64,000 nt of DNA from Candidatus Enterousia sp. Lineage in GTDB: Bacteria > Pseudomonadota > Alphaproteobacteria > Rs-D84. Below, piece after piece: positions 9,688 to 19,230 of this stretch. The notes under the pieces were generated by a model that saw only the letters and a list, made by a program, of their open reading frames with translations, did no database searches and was not told where the DNA came from. How positions within the stretch are numbered: position 1 is the first letter of the stretch; each line of letters starts with the position of its first letter. Position numbers and translations under genes: made by a program. Where the stretch lies: assembly GCA_045613785.1 (NCBI GenBank), contig JAZLBQ010000024.1, positions 49,572 to 113,571 of the forward strand, given 5' to 3'.

Positions 9688-10245
9688 ATGAAAAACTTTA
9701 CAAAAAAAATCTTTATGTTTGCGTCAATGTTAGGGGCAGCAGTTTTGTTGTCTGGTTGTATGATGGAATGTCCAAATAAAAAAATGGCTCATCATAAAAA
9801 GGTTCAACGTGCACATCCAGTAGAAATAGTTGAGGAAACTGAAGCAATCGTCGTTTATCAGACATACGAAAATGCAGATATAAATAGCGTTTATGCAAAA
9901 ATGTATACTCATAGTAGCCATGGCGGCGAATCTAAAATGGGACATATCAAGTTCAAAGATACTGATAATGGGCTGAAAATGATGGTTGATTTGAAAGATA
10001 TGCGACCAGGTGTTCAATATTATGTTAAACTGTATCAATGTGCATCGTGCCACAATGATGCAAAGTGTTGCAATGAAGCAAAACGCTTTGATATGAATTT
10101 GCCAATGTTACAGACTGGAAAAAGTGGTCGGTTGAATCAGACTTATATGATTCAGGGTATGAGTGCCGCACAATTAAATGGTGCAAATATCTATCTGGAA
10201 CGTGATGGTGGATATAAAGCAGGTTGGGGTAAGTTGGAAAAATAA
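9688..10245 (+). CDS. Lipoprotein with a degenerate Cu/Zn superoxide-dismutase-like C-terminal domain
   Basis: Lipobox LSGC; G-x-I-x-F-x-D-T-x-x-GL...L..M-x-PG and LP-x-L...G pattern like SodC, but without the metal-binding His residues. Confidence 0.5.
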   Translation: MKNFTKKIFMFASMLGAAVLLSGCMMECPNKKMAHHKKVQRAHPVEIVEETEAIVVYQTYENADINSVYAKMYTHSSHGGESKMGHIKFKDTDNGLKMMVDLKDMRPGVQYYVKLYQCASCHNDAKCCNEAKRFDMNLPMLQTGKSGRLNQTYMIQGMSAAQLNGANIYLERDGGYKAGWGKLEK

Positions 10246-10361
10246 TCTTTTGAACTTATTTATAACTGCTGTTGATAAATCGCCCCAGAAAGTTGGGGCG
10301 TTTTTCTTTTAGTTCTTTAAGAATATATTCAGGTGTGTTAGTATGTCGCCAGAGAAAAAGA

Positions 10362-11903
10362 ATGAGATTATTTTGCTTTTTTTGGGCGGTATGTTTTATG
10401 ACTGTTGATGCCTCTTTTGGGGCAACAGTTGTGTCTGACGTTTATGGCGGACCAATAAGTTGTCGGACTGATTTTATTATTATGGAAAATGTTTCTTTTG
10501 GGCCGGATTCAGTGATGATTCAAGGGTCTGTGCAGATTGAAAATCGTGGTATGTTTCACAGCGATATTGTTGTGTGTGATGGGTGTAATTTATATGTGAG
10601 AAATAGTGGCGATTTTACTGCAAAAGTCCAGTTGGGAAACAATGCACAGGTAATCGCAGTTGTTGCAGAGCAGGCGGATATTTCAAACCTGAATATCGAT
10701 TCGGAATATAGTGTTTTGGTACGTGGTGCAGATGGTATTAGTTTGGGCGATGTTGTTGAAAATTTTTCTGAGGCAAATCGAATTATATTAAATGACAGTT
10801 TTGTAGATATTACAGGGCTAAATTTAGAATCTGATATTAGTATAGAATTAGACGGAAATGTTAGTTTTTATCTGGATGATTTAACAGAGTTTTATGCTGC
10901 TGGTATTCTTGAAAATCTTTCTGGTTGTGGAACAGTTACTTTCCTTGATAATTCAACAGATTCAATGTTTGTTGATGTCGGTATTGTTAAGGATGGTGTA
11001 ATAGAGGTGCATCGTGAACGTGAGAAAAATTATGTTCGTGTGCTGGGAAATGATAAACGTGCGATGCTGCTAAATCGATTGAGGACAAGTAAAGCAAATG
11101 ATAATTTGTTTGCTGCCTTGGATACGGCACAGGATAGGGCAGGTCTGGAAAATATAATGCGGCATTCTGTGCATTTTAATTCAGATGTGTTGGTTTCTGC
11201 TGGTCGAATGTTAAATATGGGGTTGATGATAAATAATTCAATGACGAATAAACTTGATATTCGTCCTTTTGGTTTGTTCGCAGATGATTTTATTGCTTAT
11301 GGGCTGGATGTTGGAGCTGTTTATAATTTTGATAGCAGGTTAAAGATAGACGGACGTATTCGCACTGGTGAATTAAAATATAGGTCTGAAATTGATGCGT
11401 TTAATGCTTGGTTCAATGGTATTAGGATTGCGGCAGAATATCAGTTCCCAAAAGATGATTTTATCAATATAAGTTTTCAGGGAATAAAAATTAAAACCGA
11501 TATAAACGAAGTCTTGTATGATAATAAATTTATTTCGAATCCAGATGTGTTGTCAGGTGTTGCGACATTTGATTATGGGTGGAATTTAAATTTAAGCGAT
11601 TCGATTTTTGTTAGACCGCAGGTTGGTATCACAGCGTATTTAGACAAGGTTGCAGATGAAATAGAATTTAATTGGTCTGGTCGTGCAGGGGCTGAGTTTG
11701 GATATAGTTTTGAATCACTGGGGTTGCGGTATGACTATGGTATTTTGACCGAAGTTGGAACAGAAAATCAATATAGTGTTTTAGGTCGTATGTCTGTATG
11801 GTCTGAATTTGATATGGCAGGTGGCCAAATAAGCATAGGTGCATTACAGACAGGGAATGTAAAGGCCTGGCAATTATCAGTTGGGGTAAATATCGGATTT
11901 TGA
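10362..11903 (+). CDS. Autotransporter-like outer-membrane protein
   Basis: Signal peptide, beta-rich N-terminal half, C-terminal amphipathic beta strands ending GVNIGF. Confidence 0.55.
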   Translation: MRLFCFFWAVCFMTVDASFGATVVSDVYGGPISCRTDFIIMENVSFGPDSVMIQGSVQIENRGMFHSDIVVCDGCNLYVRNSGDFTAKVQLGNNAQVIAVVAEQADISNLNIDSEYSVLVRGADGISLGDVVENFSEANRIILNDSFVDITGLNLESDISIELDGNVSFYLDDLTEFYAAGILENLSGCGTVTFLDNSTDSMFVDVGIVKDGVIEVHREREKNYVRVLGNDKRAMLLNRLRTSKANDNLFAALDTAQDRAGLENIMRHSVHFNSDVLVSAGRMLNMGLMINNSMTNKLDIRPFGLFADDFIAYGLDVGAVYNFDSRLKIDGRIRTGELKYRSEIDAFNAWFNGIRIAAEYQFPKDDFINISFQGIKIKTDINEVLYDNKFISNPDVLSGVATFDYGWNLNLSDSIFVRPQVGITAYLDKVADEIEFNWSGRAGAEFGYSFESLGLRYDYGILTEVGTENQYSVLGRMSVWSEFDMAGGQISIGALQTGNVKAWQLSVGVNIGF

Positions 11904-11904
11904 T

Positions 11905-13203
11905 TTAATCCGAAAATTTACCACGTAATGATGCTTTGTTTGCTGATGTAATTGTAATGTTGGCAAGTTCTGGGGCGTTATCGACAGATGGAACAATGCA
12001 CTGTTGCATAAAAGGTGTGCGATATACCAAATGTTTGCCTGTCTTGTCGGGGCCTTCGAGTAAGCATTGCAGGGTTTTATCAATGCAACTTTCGTTAAAT
12101 TCACGTTGAACTTCGTTTAGATATGTGTCCAGACGTGCCAAGCGTGCGGCCTTGGTTGATTCTGGGATTTGATCTGGCATTAGTGCCGCTGCTGTGTGCG
12201 GACGTGGTGAATATTTGAACGAATATGAATTGATATATTTTATTTGCTGGGCAATCTTCATTGTTTGTTCAAAGTCTTCATCAGTTTCACCAGGAAAACC
12301 AACAATAAAATCAGACGAGATTTGAATGTCAGGACGTGCCAATTTTAATTTGTTTATAATGTCGCAGTATAATTCCAGACTGTATGGACGGTTCATTCGT
12401 GATAGAACGTTTTGTGAGCCACTTTGGATTGGCATGTTCAAAAATGGTAATAGTTTTGGTTCGATTTTGAACATTTCAATCAGGTCATCAGTCATTTCTG
12501 TTGGATAACTAGAAGTGAAACGTATACGTTGGATTTCTGGCATTTTTGCTGTTTCACGAATCAAATCAGACAGGCGATATGTCGTGCCGTTTTTATCGGT
12601 GTATTTATAGCCATTTACGTTCTGACCCAGGAAACAAATTTCAATTGCACCTGTTTTAGATGCGTGTAATGTTTCGGTAATAACCGATTCGAATGATCGA
12701 GATATTTCACGGCCACGTGTGTATGGAACAATGCAATATGTGCAACAGTGATTACAACCTTCTTGGATTGGAATATAGGCAACACGTGGACTGCGTTCCA
12801 TCTGGGGCAGAGAATCAAATTTTTCCAAACCGCCCAAATCAATGTTTAACAGACGTGCGTCTGGATTTTCCAGAATTTGTGGCAGTTTATGATAACTTTG
12901 TGGGCCTAGGACAAAGTTCAAATCAGGAATGCGACGAAATGCATCGCTGCCTGATTCACGGGCAACACAACCAACAATTCCAAACAGGGCGGTCGGCTTT
13001 TTTGCACGACGTATGCGACCCAGGGCTGAAAAAACTTTGTCCGTGGCCTTGGCACGAACGGCACAGGTATTTAGGATAATTATATCTGCATCGGGAATGT
13101 TGTCCGTCTGGGTCAGACCATGATGCGTCAGCATTGCTGCAATACGCCACCCATCATAAACATTCATTTGACAGCCAAAAGTTTGGATAAAGAATTTTTT
13201 CAT
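11905..13203 (-). CDS. miaB: tRNA-2-methylthio-N6-dimethylallyladenosine synthase MiaB
   Basis: TFGCQMNVYD, NTCAVR, GCVA, radical-SAM CNHCCTYC-IVPYTRG, IVGFPGET and YSPRP motifs. Confidence 0.96.
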   Translation of the reverse strand: MKKFFIQTFGCQMNVYDGWRIAAMLTHHGLTQTDNIPDADIIILNTCAVRAKATDKVFSALGRIRRAKKPTALFGIVGCVARESGSDAFRRIPDLNFVLGPQSYHKLPQILENPDARLLNIDLGGLEKFDSLPQMERSPRVAYIPIQEGCNHCCTYCIVPYTRGREISRSFESVITETLHASKTGAIEICFLGQNVNGYKYTDKNGTTYRLSDLIRETAKMPEIQRIRFTSSYPTEMTDDLIEMFKIEPKLLPFLNMPIQSGSQNVLSRMNRPYSLELYCDIINKLKLARPDIQISSDFIVGFPGETDEDFEQTMKIAQQIKYINSYSFKYSPRPHTAAALMPDQIPESTKAARLARLDTYLNEVQREFNESCIDKTLQCLLEGPDKTGKHLVYRTPFMQQCIVPSVDNAPELANITITSANKASLRGKFSD

Positions 13204-13210
13204 TTGTTTC

Positions 13211-13384
13211 TTATTTGTTCTTGGTTCGTGTGTTGATAATTTTTTTGTTTATCTGTTTTTGTTTTGTGTTAAAAGCCCGCAAGGCATATTGCCGTTGGTA
13301 TTTTTCAGACTTTGCAAGAATTTTACTTTGCGATTCGTGCATGCTCATTTGTTGCAGCATCGCCATAATTTCTTTTTGGGTCAT
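13211..13384 (-). CDS. Small basic hypothetical protein (57 aa)
   Basis: ATG at 13384, 4 nt after the upstream stop; fills the gap before miaB in the same orientation. Confidence 0.5.
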   Translation of the reverse strand: MTQKEIMAMLQQMSMHESQSKILAKSEKYQRQYALRAFNTKQKQINKKIINTRTKNK

Positions 13385-13388
13385 TGGC

Positions 13389-13637
13389 TTATCTGTGTTT
13401 TGTTCTGGTTGCGTCCTGTATGCGTTTTTTTGCCGCAGACATTTTAGTTTGCCATGAACGACCTGGCTGTTTAATAACAGGAGCCTGTTGTGGGGCAGGT
13501 TGTGGTGCAGCTGCAATAGATGTTTTTTTGTTTGGTGTGTGAATAGAAGTTGTTTCGACAATGTCAGGAATTTCTACTAGTCCGTATTGAACGCCTGTGA
13601 TGCAGTTGTTTTCAATGATTTTGATAACTTTGGTCAT
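13389..13637 (-). CDS. Small hypothetical protein (82 aa) with a Pro/Gln linker
   Basis: AAAGGA RBS upstream; directly follows gatB in the same orientation. Confidence 0.6.
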   Translation of the reverse strand: MTKVIKIIENNCITGVQYGLVEIPDIVETTSIHTPNKKTSIAAAPQPAPQQAPVIKQPGRSWQTKMSAAKKRIQDATRTKHR

Positions 13638-13655
13638 AATTTTTCCTTTTTGTTT

Positions 13656-15176
13656 TTATGCTAATTTTGCGCGTAAGATTTCGTTTACAACGGCTGGGTT
13701 TGCAGTGCCACCTGTTTTCTTCATAACATTTCCAACAAAGAAACCCAAGAGGCCAACCTTGCCTGATTTGTATTGTTCTACCTGAGATGGATTGGCAGCG
13801 ATGACTTCGTCAACGATTGCTTCGATTGCACCAGTGTCTGTCATTTGTTTCATGCCGTATTTGTCAGCAATTTCACGTGGTGTTCCCGATTCGCCGTCCA
13901 GCATTTTGATGAAGATTTCTTTGGCCTGTTTGCCGTTGATTGTGTTTTCGCTAATCATATCGACCAGTTCTGATAAGTCAGATGGGGTGATTATACGCAT
14001 TTCATCGACAATACCTGATTTCTGATTTTTTACATCCCAATTTTCAGGGTGTGCAAACAGTTCACTTATCATCCAGTTGGCGATTGATTTTGCGTTCTGT
14101 TTTTTGCCGTTTACAGCGGCGTCATACCAGTGTGAAATGTCAACTGTTTCGGTAAGTCTTGCCGCATCATATTCGGACAGCCCGAAATCCGCTGTATAGC
14201 GTGCACGGGTCGCTGATGGTAGTTCTGGCATTGTTGAACGTATGCGTTCGATTTGTTCGTCGGTGATTTCCACAGGCAACAGGTCTGGGTCTGGGAAATA
14301 ACGATAATCCAGTGCGTCTTCCTTGCTTCGCATTACAGATGTTGTGCCGTCGTCCTGGTGAAAACGCATTGTGTCTTGGGAAACAGTGCCGCCGTTTTCA
14401 TAAGCCTCTATCTGGCGGCGTGCTTCATATTCAATCGCTGTTTTTATAAACTTAAATGAAACCATATTTTTTGTTTCGGTGCGGGTGCGGAATTCGGTTG
14501 ATCCAACAGGGCGAACAGATACATTTACGTCCGCACGCATAGAGCCTTCTTCCATGTTTGCCTTGGATACGCCCAGGGCACGTGCAATTTCACGAATTTC
14601 ACGAAGATAGCGTTCTGCTTCGTCTGGGGAAGAAATGTAAGAATTGTTTTCTGGATTTTTTGTGTCCAAATATGTGACGATTTCTAGCAAGGCAACCCCT
14701 GTGCGGTTATAGTCAGCAAAGGATTTTGTTGGATGAACGTCGTGTTTCAATTTTCCAGCGTCTTGTTCCAAGTGAGCACGTTCAATGAAAATCTTTTTAG
14801 GATTGCCATCGTCGCCCATAATTTCAACCCAGCCACGGCCAACAACAGGTGGTTCGTCCGCTGGTTGTGAAATCTGATAGCCTTGGGGCAGGTCGGGGTA
14901 GAAGTATTGCTTGCGTGCAAAACGACTGTGATGTGAAATTTCAGCATTTAGCCCCAATCCCATTTTTATAGCCTGGTCAACGCAATATTTGTTCAGAACT
15001 GGCAACATACCAGGCATTGCAACATCAACCATTGAAACCTGGGTGTTTGGGGAAACTGTGGGGTTGTAATCCGCAGATGCACCACTGAATAATTTCGATT
15101 CGGACAGCACTTCGATGTGTGTTTCCAGACCAATTACTAATTCCCAATCGCCTGTTTTGCCTTTTATTGTAAACAT
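13656..15176 (-). CDS. gatB: Asp/Glu-tRNA amidotransferase subunit B
   Basis: IGLETH, PGMLPVLN, YFYPDLP, EEGSMRADVNVS and DYRYFPDPDL motifs; C-terminal YqeY domain. Confidence 0.98.
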   Translation of the reverse strand: MFTIKGKTGDWELVIGLETHIEVLSESKLFSGASADYNPTVSPNTQVSMVDVAMPGMLPVLNKYCVDQAIKMGLGLNAEISHHSRFARKQYFYPDLPQGYQISQPADEPPVVGRGWVEIMGDDGNPKKIFIERAHLEQDAGKLKHDVHPTKSFADYNRTGVALLEIVTYLDTKNPENNSYISSPDEAERYLREIREIARALGVSKANMEEGSMRADVNVSVRPVGSTEFRTRTETKNMVSFKFIKTAIEYEARRQIEAYENGGTVSQDTMRFHQDDGTTSVMRSKEDALDYRYFPDPDLLPVEITDEQIERIRSTMPELPSATRARYTADFGLSEYDAARLTETVDISHWYDAAVNGKKQNAKSIANWMISELFAHPENWDVKNQKSGIVDEMRIITPSDLSELVDMISENTINGKQAKEIFIKMLDGESGTPREIADKYGMKQMTDTGAIEAIVDEVIAANPSQVEQYKSGKVGLLGFFVGNVMKKTGGTANPAVVNEILRAKLA

Positions 15177-15232
15177 TTTATCTTTTTCCCTTGCTTTTTT
15201 ATTTTTAGTATCTTATTATTTGTCCCGCAGTT

Positions 15233-15308
15233 GGCTAGGTAGCTCAGTTGGTAGAGCAAGGGACTGAAAATCCCTGTGTCGGCGGTTCGATTCCGTCCCT
15301 AGCCACCA
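15233..15308 (+). tRNA. tRNA-Phe (anticodon GAA)
   Basis: 76 nt; GGCTAGG/CCTAGCC stem, CT-GAA-AA loop, GTTCGAT, encoded CCA; TTGCTT-17-TATTAT promoter upstream. Confidence 0.97.
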
Positions 15309-15376
15309 CTTCTTTTATAGCGACCTTTGTGGTCGTTTTTTTATTGCCAAAAGAAGTGGACGGTAATTTCATTTCT

Positions 15377-16843
15377 TTATTTCCCCATAATTGTTGTTGG
15401 GCGGTTGTCAATGTCTGCTGCTGTTTCTATGTGTTTTGCCAACTGTAAAACACGTTTGTCGTCAAAACGACGGCCAACAACCTGGACGCCCAAAGGCAGA
15501 CCGTTTGTTGCCAGACCACATGGAACACTGCATGCAGGAACGCCAGCCAGATTCATTGCAACTGTAAATAAATCCAATGCATAGTATTCCAATGGTGACA
15601 GGTCAGAACTTAGTGGCATTGCTGTGCCAGCACTGGATGGGCATATGATTAAATCGCACTGTTCAAATGCTGAATTAAAGCTGTCTGCGATTTTGCGACG
15701 AACACGTGCCGCCTGCATAAAGTAAACATCATAGGATTCACTGGATAAAACAGCTGTGCCAATAATCATACGACGTTGAACTTCGTCGCCAAAGCCCGCT
15801 GCACGTGATTTCTTGAATGTGTCATAGATGTCAGAACCTTCAACACGCAGACCATAACGCATTCCGTCATAACGTGCCAGGTTTGATGATGCTTCGGCTG
15901 GGGCAATGATGTAGTATGCCGCCAATGCGTCCAAAATGTTTGGAATCGATATTTCAACAATTTCTGCACCAAGTGATTTTAAATCTGCGATTCGTTTTTC
16001 AAACAGGGTCTTCATATCGTCAGAAATTTTAACGTCATTAAATTCACGGATGATGCCAATGCGTAATTTCTTGCCATCGCCCAAGATTGGTTCTAGTGGT
16101 GTTTTGCAATCAAAACCATTTGTTGCACTGGTTGAATCTTTGACATCGTGGCTGGCCATTGCAGATAATAATAATGCTGCATCATCAACAGTGCGTGTGA
16201 TTGGACCTGGGGTGTCCAGGCTGGACGCAAATGCAACGCAACCCCAACGTGAACATAGACCGTATGTTGGCTTCATTCCAACCATACCTGTGATTGCAGC
16301 AGGGAAACGAATTGAACCACCTGTGTCTGTGCCTGTTGCTGCAATTGCAAGACCACCAGCCACAGCAGATGTAGATCCACCAGATGAACCACCAGCGGTC
16401 AATTGCTTGTCCAGTTGCCATGGGTTGATTGGTGCACCAAAGTATGAGGTTTGGCTGAATGTGCCCATTGCAAATTCGTCAAGGTTTGCCTTGCCCAGCA
16501 GGACTGTGCCAGCATCAATCAAGTTTTGTGATACTGTCGATTCATATTCTGGAACAAATTTTTCCAGCATACGTGATGCCGCCGTTGTGCGAATGCCACG
16601 TGTTGCAAATAAATCCTTCATTGCGATTGGTGCACCGTCCAGGAATTTTGCCTCGCCAGCACTGCGTCTGGCATCAGATGCTGCTGCATCGGCCATCGCA
16701 CGTTCAGGTGTTGTTGTAATGTAACAATTCAAATCTGAACCATATTTTTCAATTCGATCCAGATAGCACCGTGTCAATTCAACAGCGGAAATTTCACCGT
16801 TGTTTAGTTTCTTTAAAGCTTCGGTCAATGTTAGGTTTATCAT
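15377..16843 (-). CDS. gatA: Asp/Glu-tRNA amidotransferase subunit A
   Basis: Amidase signature GGSSGGS, TDTGGSIRFPA, KPTYG, EASSNLARYDG. Confidence 0.98.
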   Translation of the reverse strand: MINLTLTEALKKLNNGEISAVELTRCYLDRIEKYGSDLNCYITTTPERAMADAAASDARRSAGEAKFLDGAPIAMKDLFATRGIRTTAASRMLEKFVPEYESTVSQNLIDAGTVLLGKANLDEFAMGTFSQTSYFGAPINPWQLDKQLTAGGSSGGSTSAVAGGLAIAATGTDTGGSIRFPAAITGMVGMKPTYGLCSRWGCVAFASSLDTPGPITRTVDDAALLLSAMASHDVKDSTSATNGFDCKTPLEPILGDGKKLRIGIIREFNDVKISDDMKTLFEKRIADLKSLGAEIVEISIPNILDALAAYYIIAPAEASSNLARYDGMRYGLRVEGSDIYDTFKKSRAAGFGDEVQRRMIIGTAVLSSESYDVYFMQAARVRRKIADSFNSAFEQCDLIICPSSAGTAMPLSSDLSPLEYYALDLFTVAMNLAGVPACSVPCGLATNGLPLGVQVVGRRFDDKRVLQLAKHIETAADIDNRPTTIMGK

Positions 16844-16879
16844 CTTTTCTTCGTCCCTGATTTTGTGAAATTTTAGTTC

Positions 16880-17311
16880 TTATTTCTGTTTGTCTTTTGC
16901 ATAATGTTGTGGATATAAAATCGCACCCAGTGTGTTGCGTATAAATTCATCACAGCATTGGCCGTTCTTTAAATTGCGGGCACAGCGTTTTATTTTATCT
17001 GCCTCGCTTAGGGTGCAATTTTTCTTGCCACATTGTGGGTATTGATCAAAATAAAACATTCCATCAATGGACAGTGAACGACGACGTTCGTTGCCACCAA
17101 AGACATTGCCAAATCCTGTGTGTTCGCTGTATTCCAAATTTAGTGTCTTTATACAGGCGTTGGGGGCAACGTTTCGTGTAGATAATTTTTCCATCAAAGC
17201 GTCAAGTTCAATGCGTGTGATACAACCCAATGACGCAATGTGATTTGGGAAGTGTTCATACTGTTCATATTGAACAAAATTTACAGGAATGTTTTTTTCT
17301 GTGTTTGACAT
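16880..17311 (-). CDS. Hypothetical Cys-containing protein inserted between gatC and gatA
   Basis: Start abuts the gatC stop; 143 aa; no recognised motif. Confidence 0.7.
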   Translation of the reverse strand: MSNTEKNIPVNFVQYEQYEHFPNHIASLGCITRIELDALMEKLSTRNVAPNACIKTLNLEYSEHTGFGNVFGGNERRRSLSIDGMFYFDQYPQCGKKNCTLSEADKIKRCARNLKNGQCCDEFIRNTLGAILYPQHYAKDKQK

Positions 17312-17608
17312 TTATTCGCCATCCATAACCTTGGGAACTGCAAAATAACCACGTGATGTACCAGCGTTATCAGGCGTGTTGGCCAAGACCAAATCACGAA
17401 TGTTGCCGTCGGTAACAATGTCTTCACGTTGAGGTAATTTATGTTCTGCTGGATTTAACATCGGTTGAACGCCAGTTGTGTCAATCTGTTGTAATTTGTC
17501 CAGCCATTCGACAACAGAATCAATGTTCATTTGTTCCAGTTTTTCGTCCGAGATTTCAATCTTTATCAAATCGGCGAATTTTTGTAATTGTTGCTTGCTA
17601 AATGCCAT
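17312..17608 (-). CDS. gatC: Asp/Glu-tRNA amidotransferase subunit C
   Basis: L-x-x-IDT-x-GV-x-P, RED and YFAVPKV motifs; ATG at 17608. Confidence 0.92.
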   Translation of the reverse strand: MAFSKQQLQKFADLIKIEISDEKLEQMNIDSVVEWLDKLQQIDTTGVQPMLNPAEHKLPQREDIVTDGNIRDLVLANTPDNAGTSRGYFAVPKVMDGE

Positions 17609-17646
17609 TTTCAATCCTATATTTACAAAGTAAAAGGAATTATACA

Positions 17647-18093
17647 ATGATTTTGCCAGATTTCAAGGCTTTTCCGCCGTCAGGACGCATTTTGGGAATT
17701 GATTGGGGATTGCGACGAATAGGGGTTGCAGTCAGCAGTTTGGATAGGGAATTTGTCTTTGTTCGTGATGTGATTGCTGTGCCAAAAGGGGCAGATGCAG
17801 CACGATTGGTAGGCGCGGTTGTTCATCAAGAAAATGTCAATGCAGTTGTTGTAGGTTTGCCTGTTCGGTCTGATGGGACAGAGTCTGAAACAACACAGTT
17901 GGTAAGAGAGTTTGTGGCAGAATTAGAAAAAGTTATTTCACAACCAATTATTTTTATTGAAGAGAATTTAACTTCCCAGGCAGCACAGGAAGAAATGGGA
18001 CGGGTTAGGGTTAGCGATATAAAGAAAAAATTAGATTCAGAATCTGCACGTGTGATTTTAGAAAATGCAATTGCAATGATAAATCGGGCTTAG
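17647..18093 (+). CDS. ruvX: YqgF/RuvX pre-16S rRNA nuclease
   Basis: ILGIDWGLRRIGVAVS, VVGLP, EENLTS, LDSESA motifs. Confidence 0.9.
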   Translation: MILPDFKAFPPSGRILGIDWGLRRIGVAVSSLDREFVFVRDVIAVPKGADAARLVGAVVHQENVNAVVVGLPVRSDGTESETTQLVREFVAELEKVISQPIIFIEENLTSQAAQEEMGRVRVSDIKKKLDSESARVILENAIAMINRA

Positions 18094-18136
18094 ATAAAAA
18101 GCCCGGTTTTTATGTGTATAGCGTGTTTTTATTTTG

Positions 18137-19183
18137 TTATTGTTCTTCGTTTTTGTCTGGGATATTGCCGTCAGCAGATAACAGGACTGCAATCCAACGA
18201 GTTGAGTCAAATTGGGCACAGATGATATATACAGCAACCAGAATTGGAACGCTGAAAAACATGCCAGGAATTCCCCAAATCAGACCCCAAACAACCAGGT
18301 TTATCAAAATTGCCAATGTTGACAGGTTTAATGTCTTGCCTGTCAGTTTTGGTTCTATGATATTGCCGAATAATATTTGCATTGTAATAAGTCCAATAGC
18401 TGTCAAAACAGGTTGCTGTAATGATGGTGCAGAAACTAATGAATATAATATTGGCAACGAGCAAGCAACAATCGCACCAATTGTTGGAATATAACTGGTA
18501 ATAAAAACGATGAACGCCCAAACGCCTGCAAATTCAACACCAATCATTTGAAGCCATATAAATGATGCAACGCCAGTGATCGCAGATATGGCGGTTTTTA
18601 CAAATAAATACTTCTTCATGTTTGTGTCGATACTGTCCAGAATATATCGCATTTTTTTATACTGACGACGACCCGGGAACATTGCTGAAAATTTTTTGTT
18701 AAATGTGCTTTGTTCTACAAACATAAATATCATATAAACAATGACCATGCCCATAGATGCTGCAATACTTGCAATCGAAGAACCGATGTTTGTTGCTATC
18801 TTGGTAATGTTTGGAATCAGATTTGCATCAAACTTTATGCCAAGTGATTGAGATAGGTAGGTGCCAAGTGTTGTTAGGCGTTCTTGGATTGCGGGCAGGG
18901 CGTTGAACAGTTCGCTGAACATAGGACGAATCTGGGTGGCAAACAGATAACCAACAATAAATATTGTAATAAATGTTGCAATGTATGAAACCCAATCAAA
19001 GAAACTCGAATATATTTTTGTGCGTTTGTTTGTTGGTGTGCGATATGGCAGAGCCCGACGATAATACTCGGATGTTGCGTTGGTCAGATACCACAAAAAA
19101 CCAGCGATTAGTAATGGAATCAGTATAGAACGAGCGACCCATAATAAAAAAATAAGTGCTGTAAAAATTATAATTCCGTGCAT
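18137..19183 (-). CDS. AI-2E family transporter
   Basis: Multi-TM; YIPTIG, GNIIEPKLTG and WG-x-x-WG-x-x-GM...P motifs. Confidence 0.9.
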   Translation of the reverse strand: MHGIIIFTALIFLLWVARSILIPLLIAGFLWYLTNATSEYYRRALPYRTPTNKRTKIYSSFFDWVSYIATFITIFIVGYLFATQIRPMFSELFNALPAIQERLTTLGTYLSQSLGIKFDANLIPNITKIATNIGSSIASIAASMGMVIVYMIFMFVEQSTFNKKFSAMFPGRRQYKKMRYILDSIDTNMKKYLFVKTAISAITGVASFIWLQMIGVEFAGVWAFIVFITSYIPTIGAIVACSLPILYSLVSAPSLQQPVLTAIGLITMQILFGNIIEPKLTGKTLNLSTLAILINLVVWGLIWGIPGMFFSVPILVAVYIICAQFDSTRWIAVLLSADGNIPDKNEEQ

Positions 19184-19230
19184 GATAAAATCCTTTGTTT
19201 GCTTTGAAACTGTGCGTATAGACGTTTTTT

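Noticed and set aside
13211-13637. Overlapping 116-aa and 82-aa ORFs as a frameshifted gene
   Set aside because: More simply explained as two small genes (stop at 13389, new ATG at 13384); no slippery site or homology supports a frameshift
15248-15448. 66-aa plus-strand ORF
   Set aside because: It overlaps tRNA-Phe; spurious translation
15936-16724. Long antisense ORFs (also 35998-36573, 61933-62427, 63169-63795)
   Set aside because: They are codon-aligned shadows of gatA, ileS and the fibre genes, with no RBS or motifs
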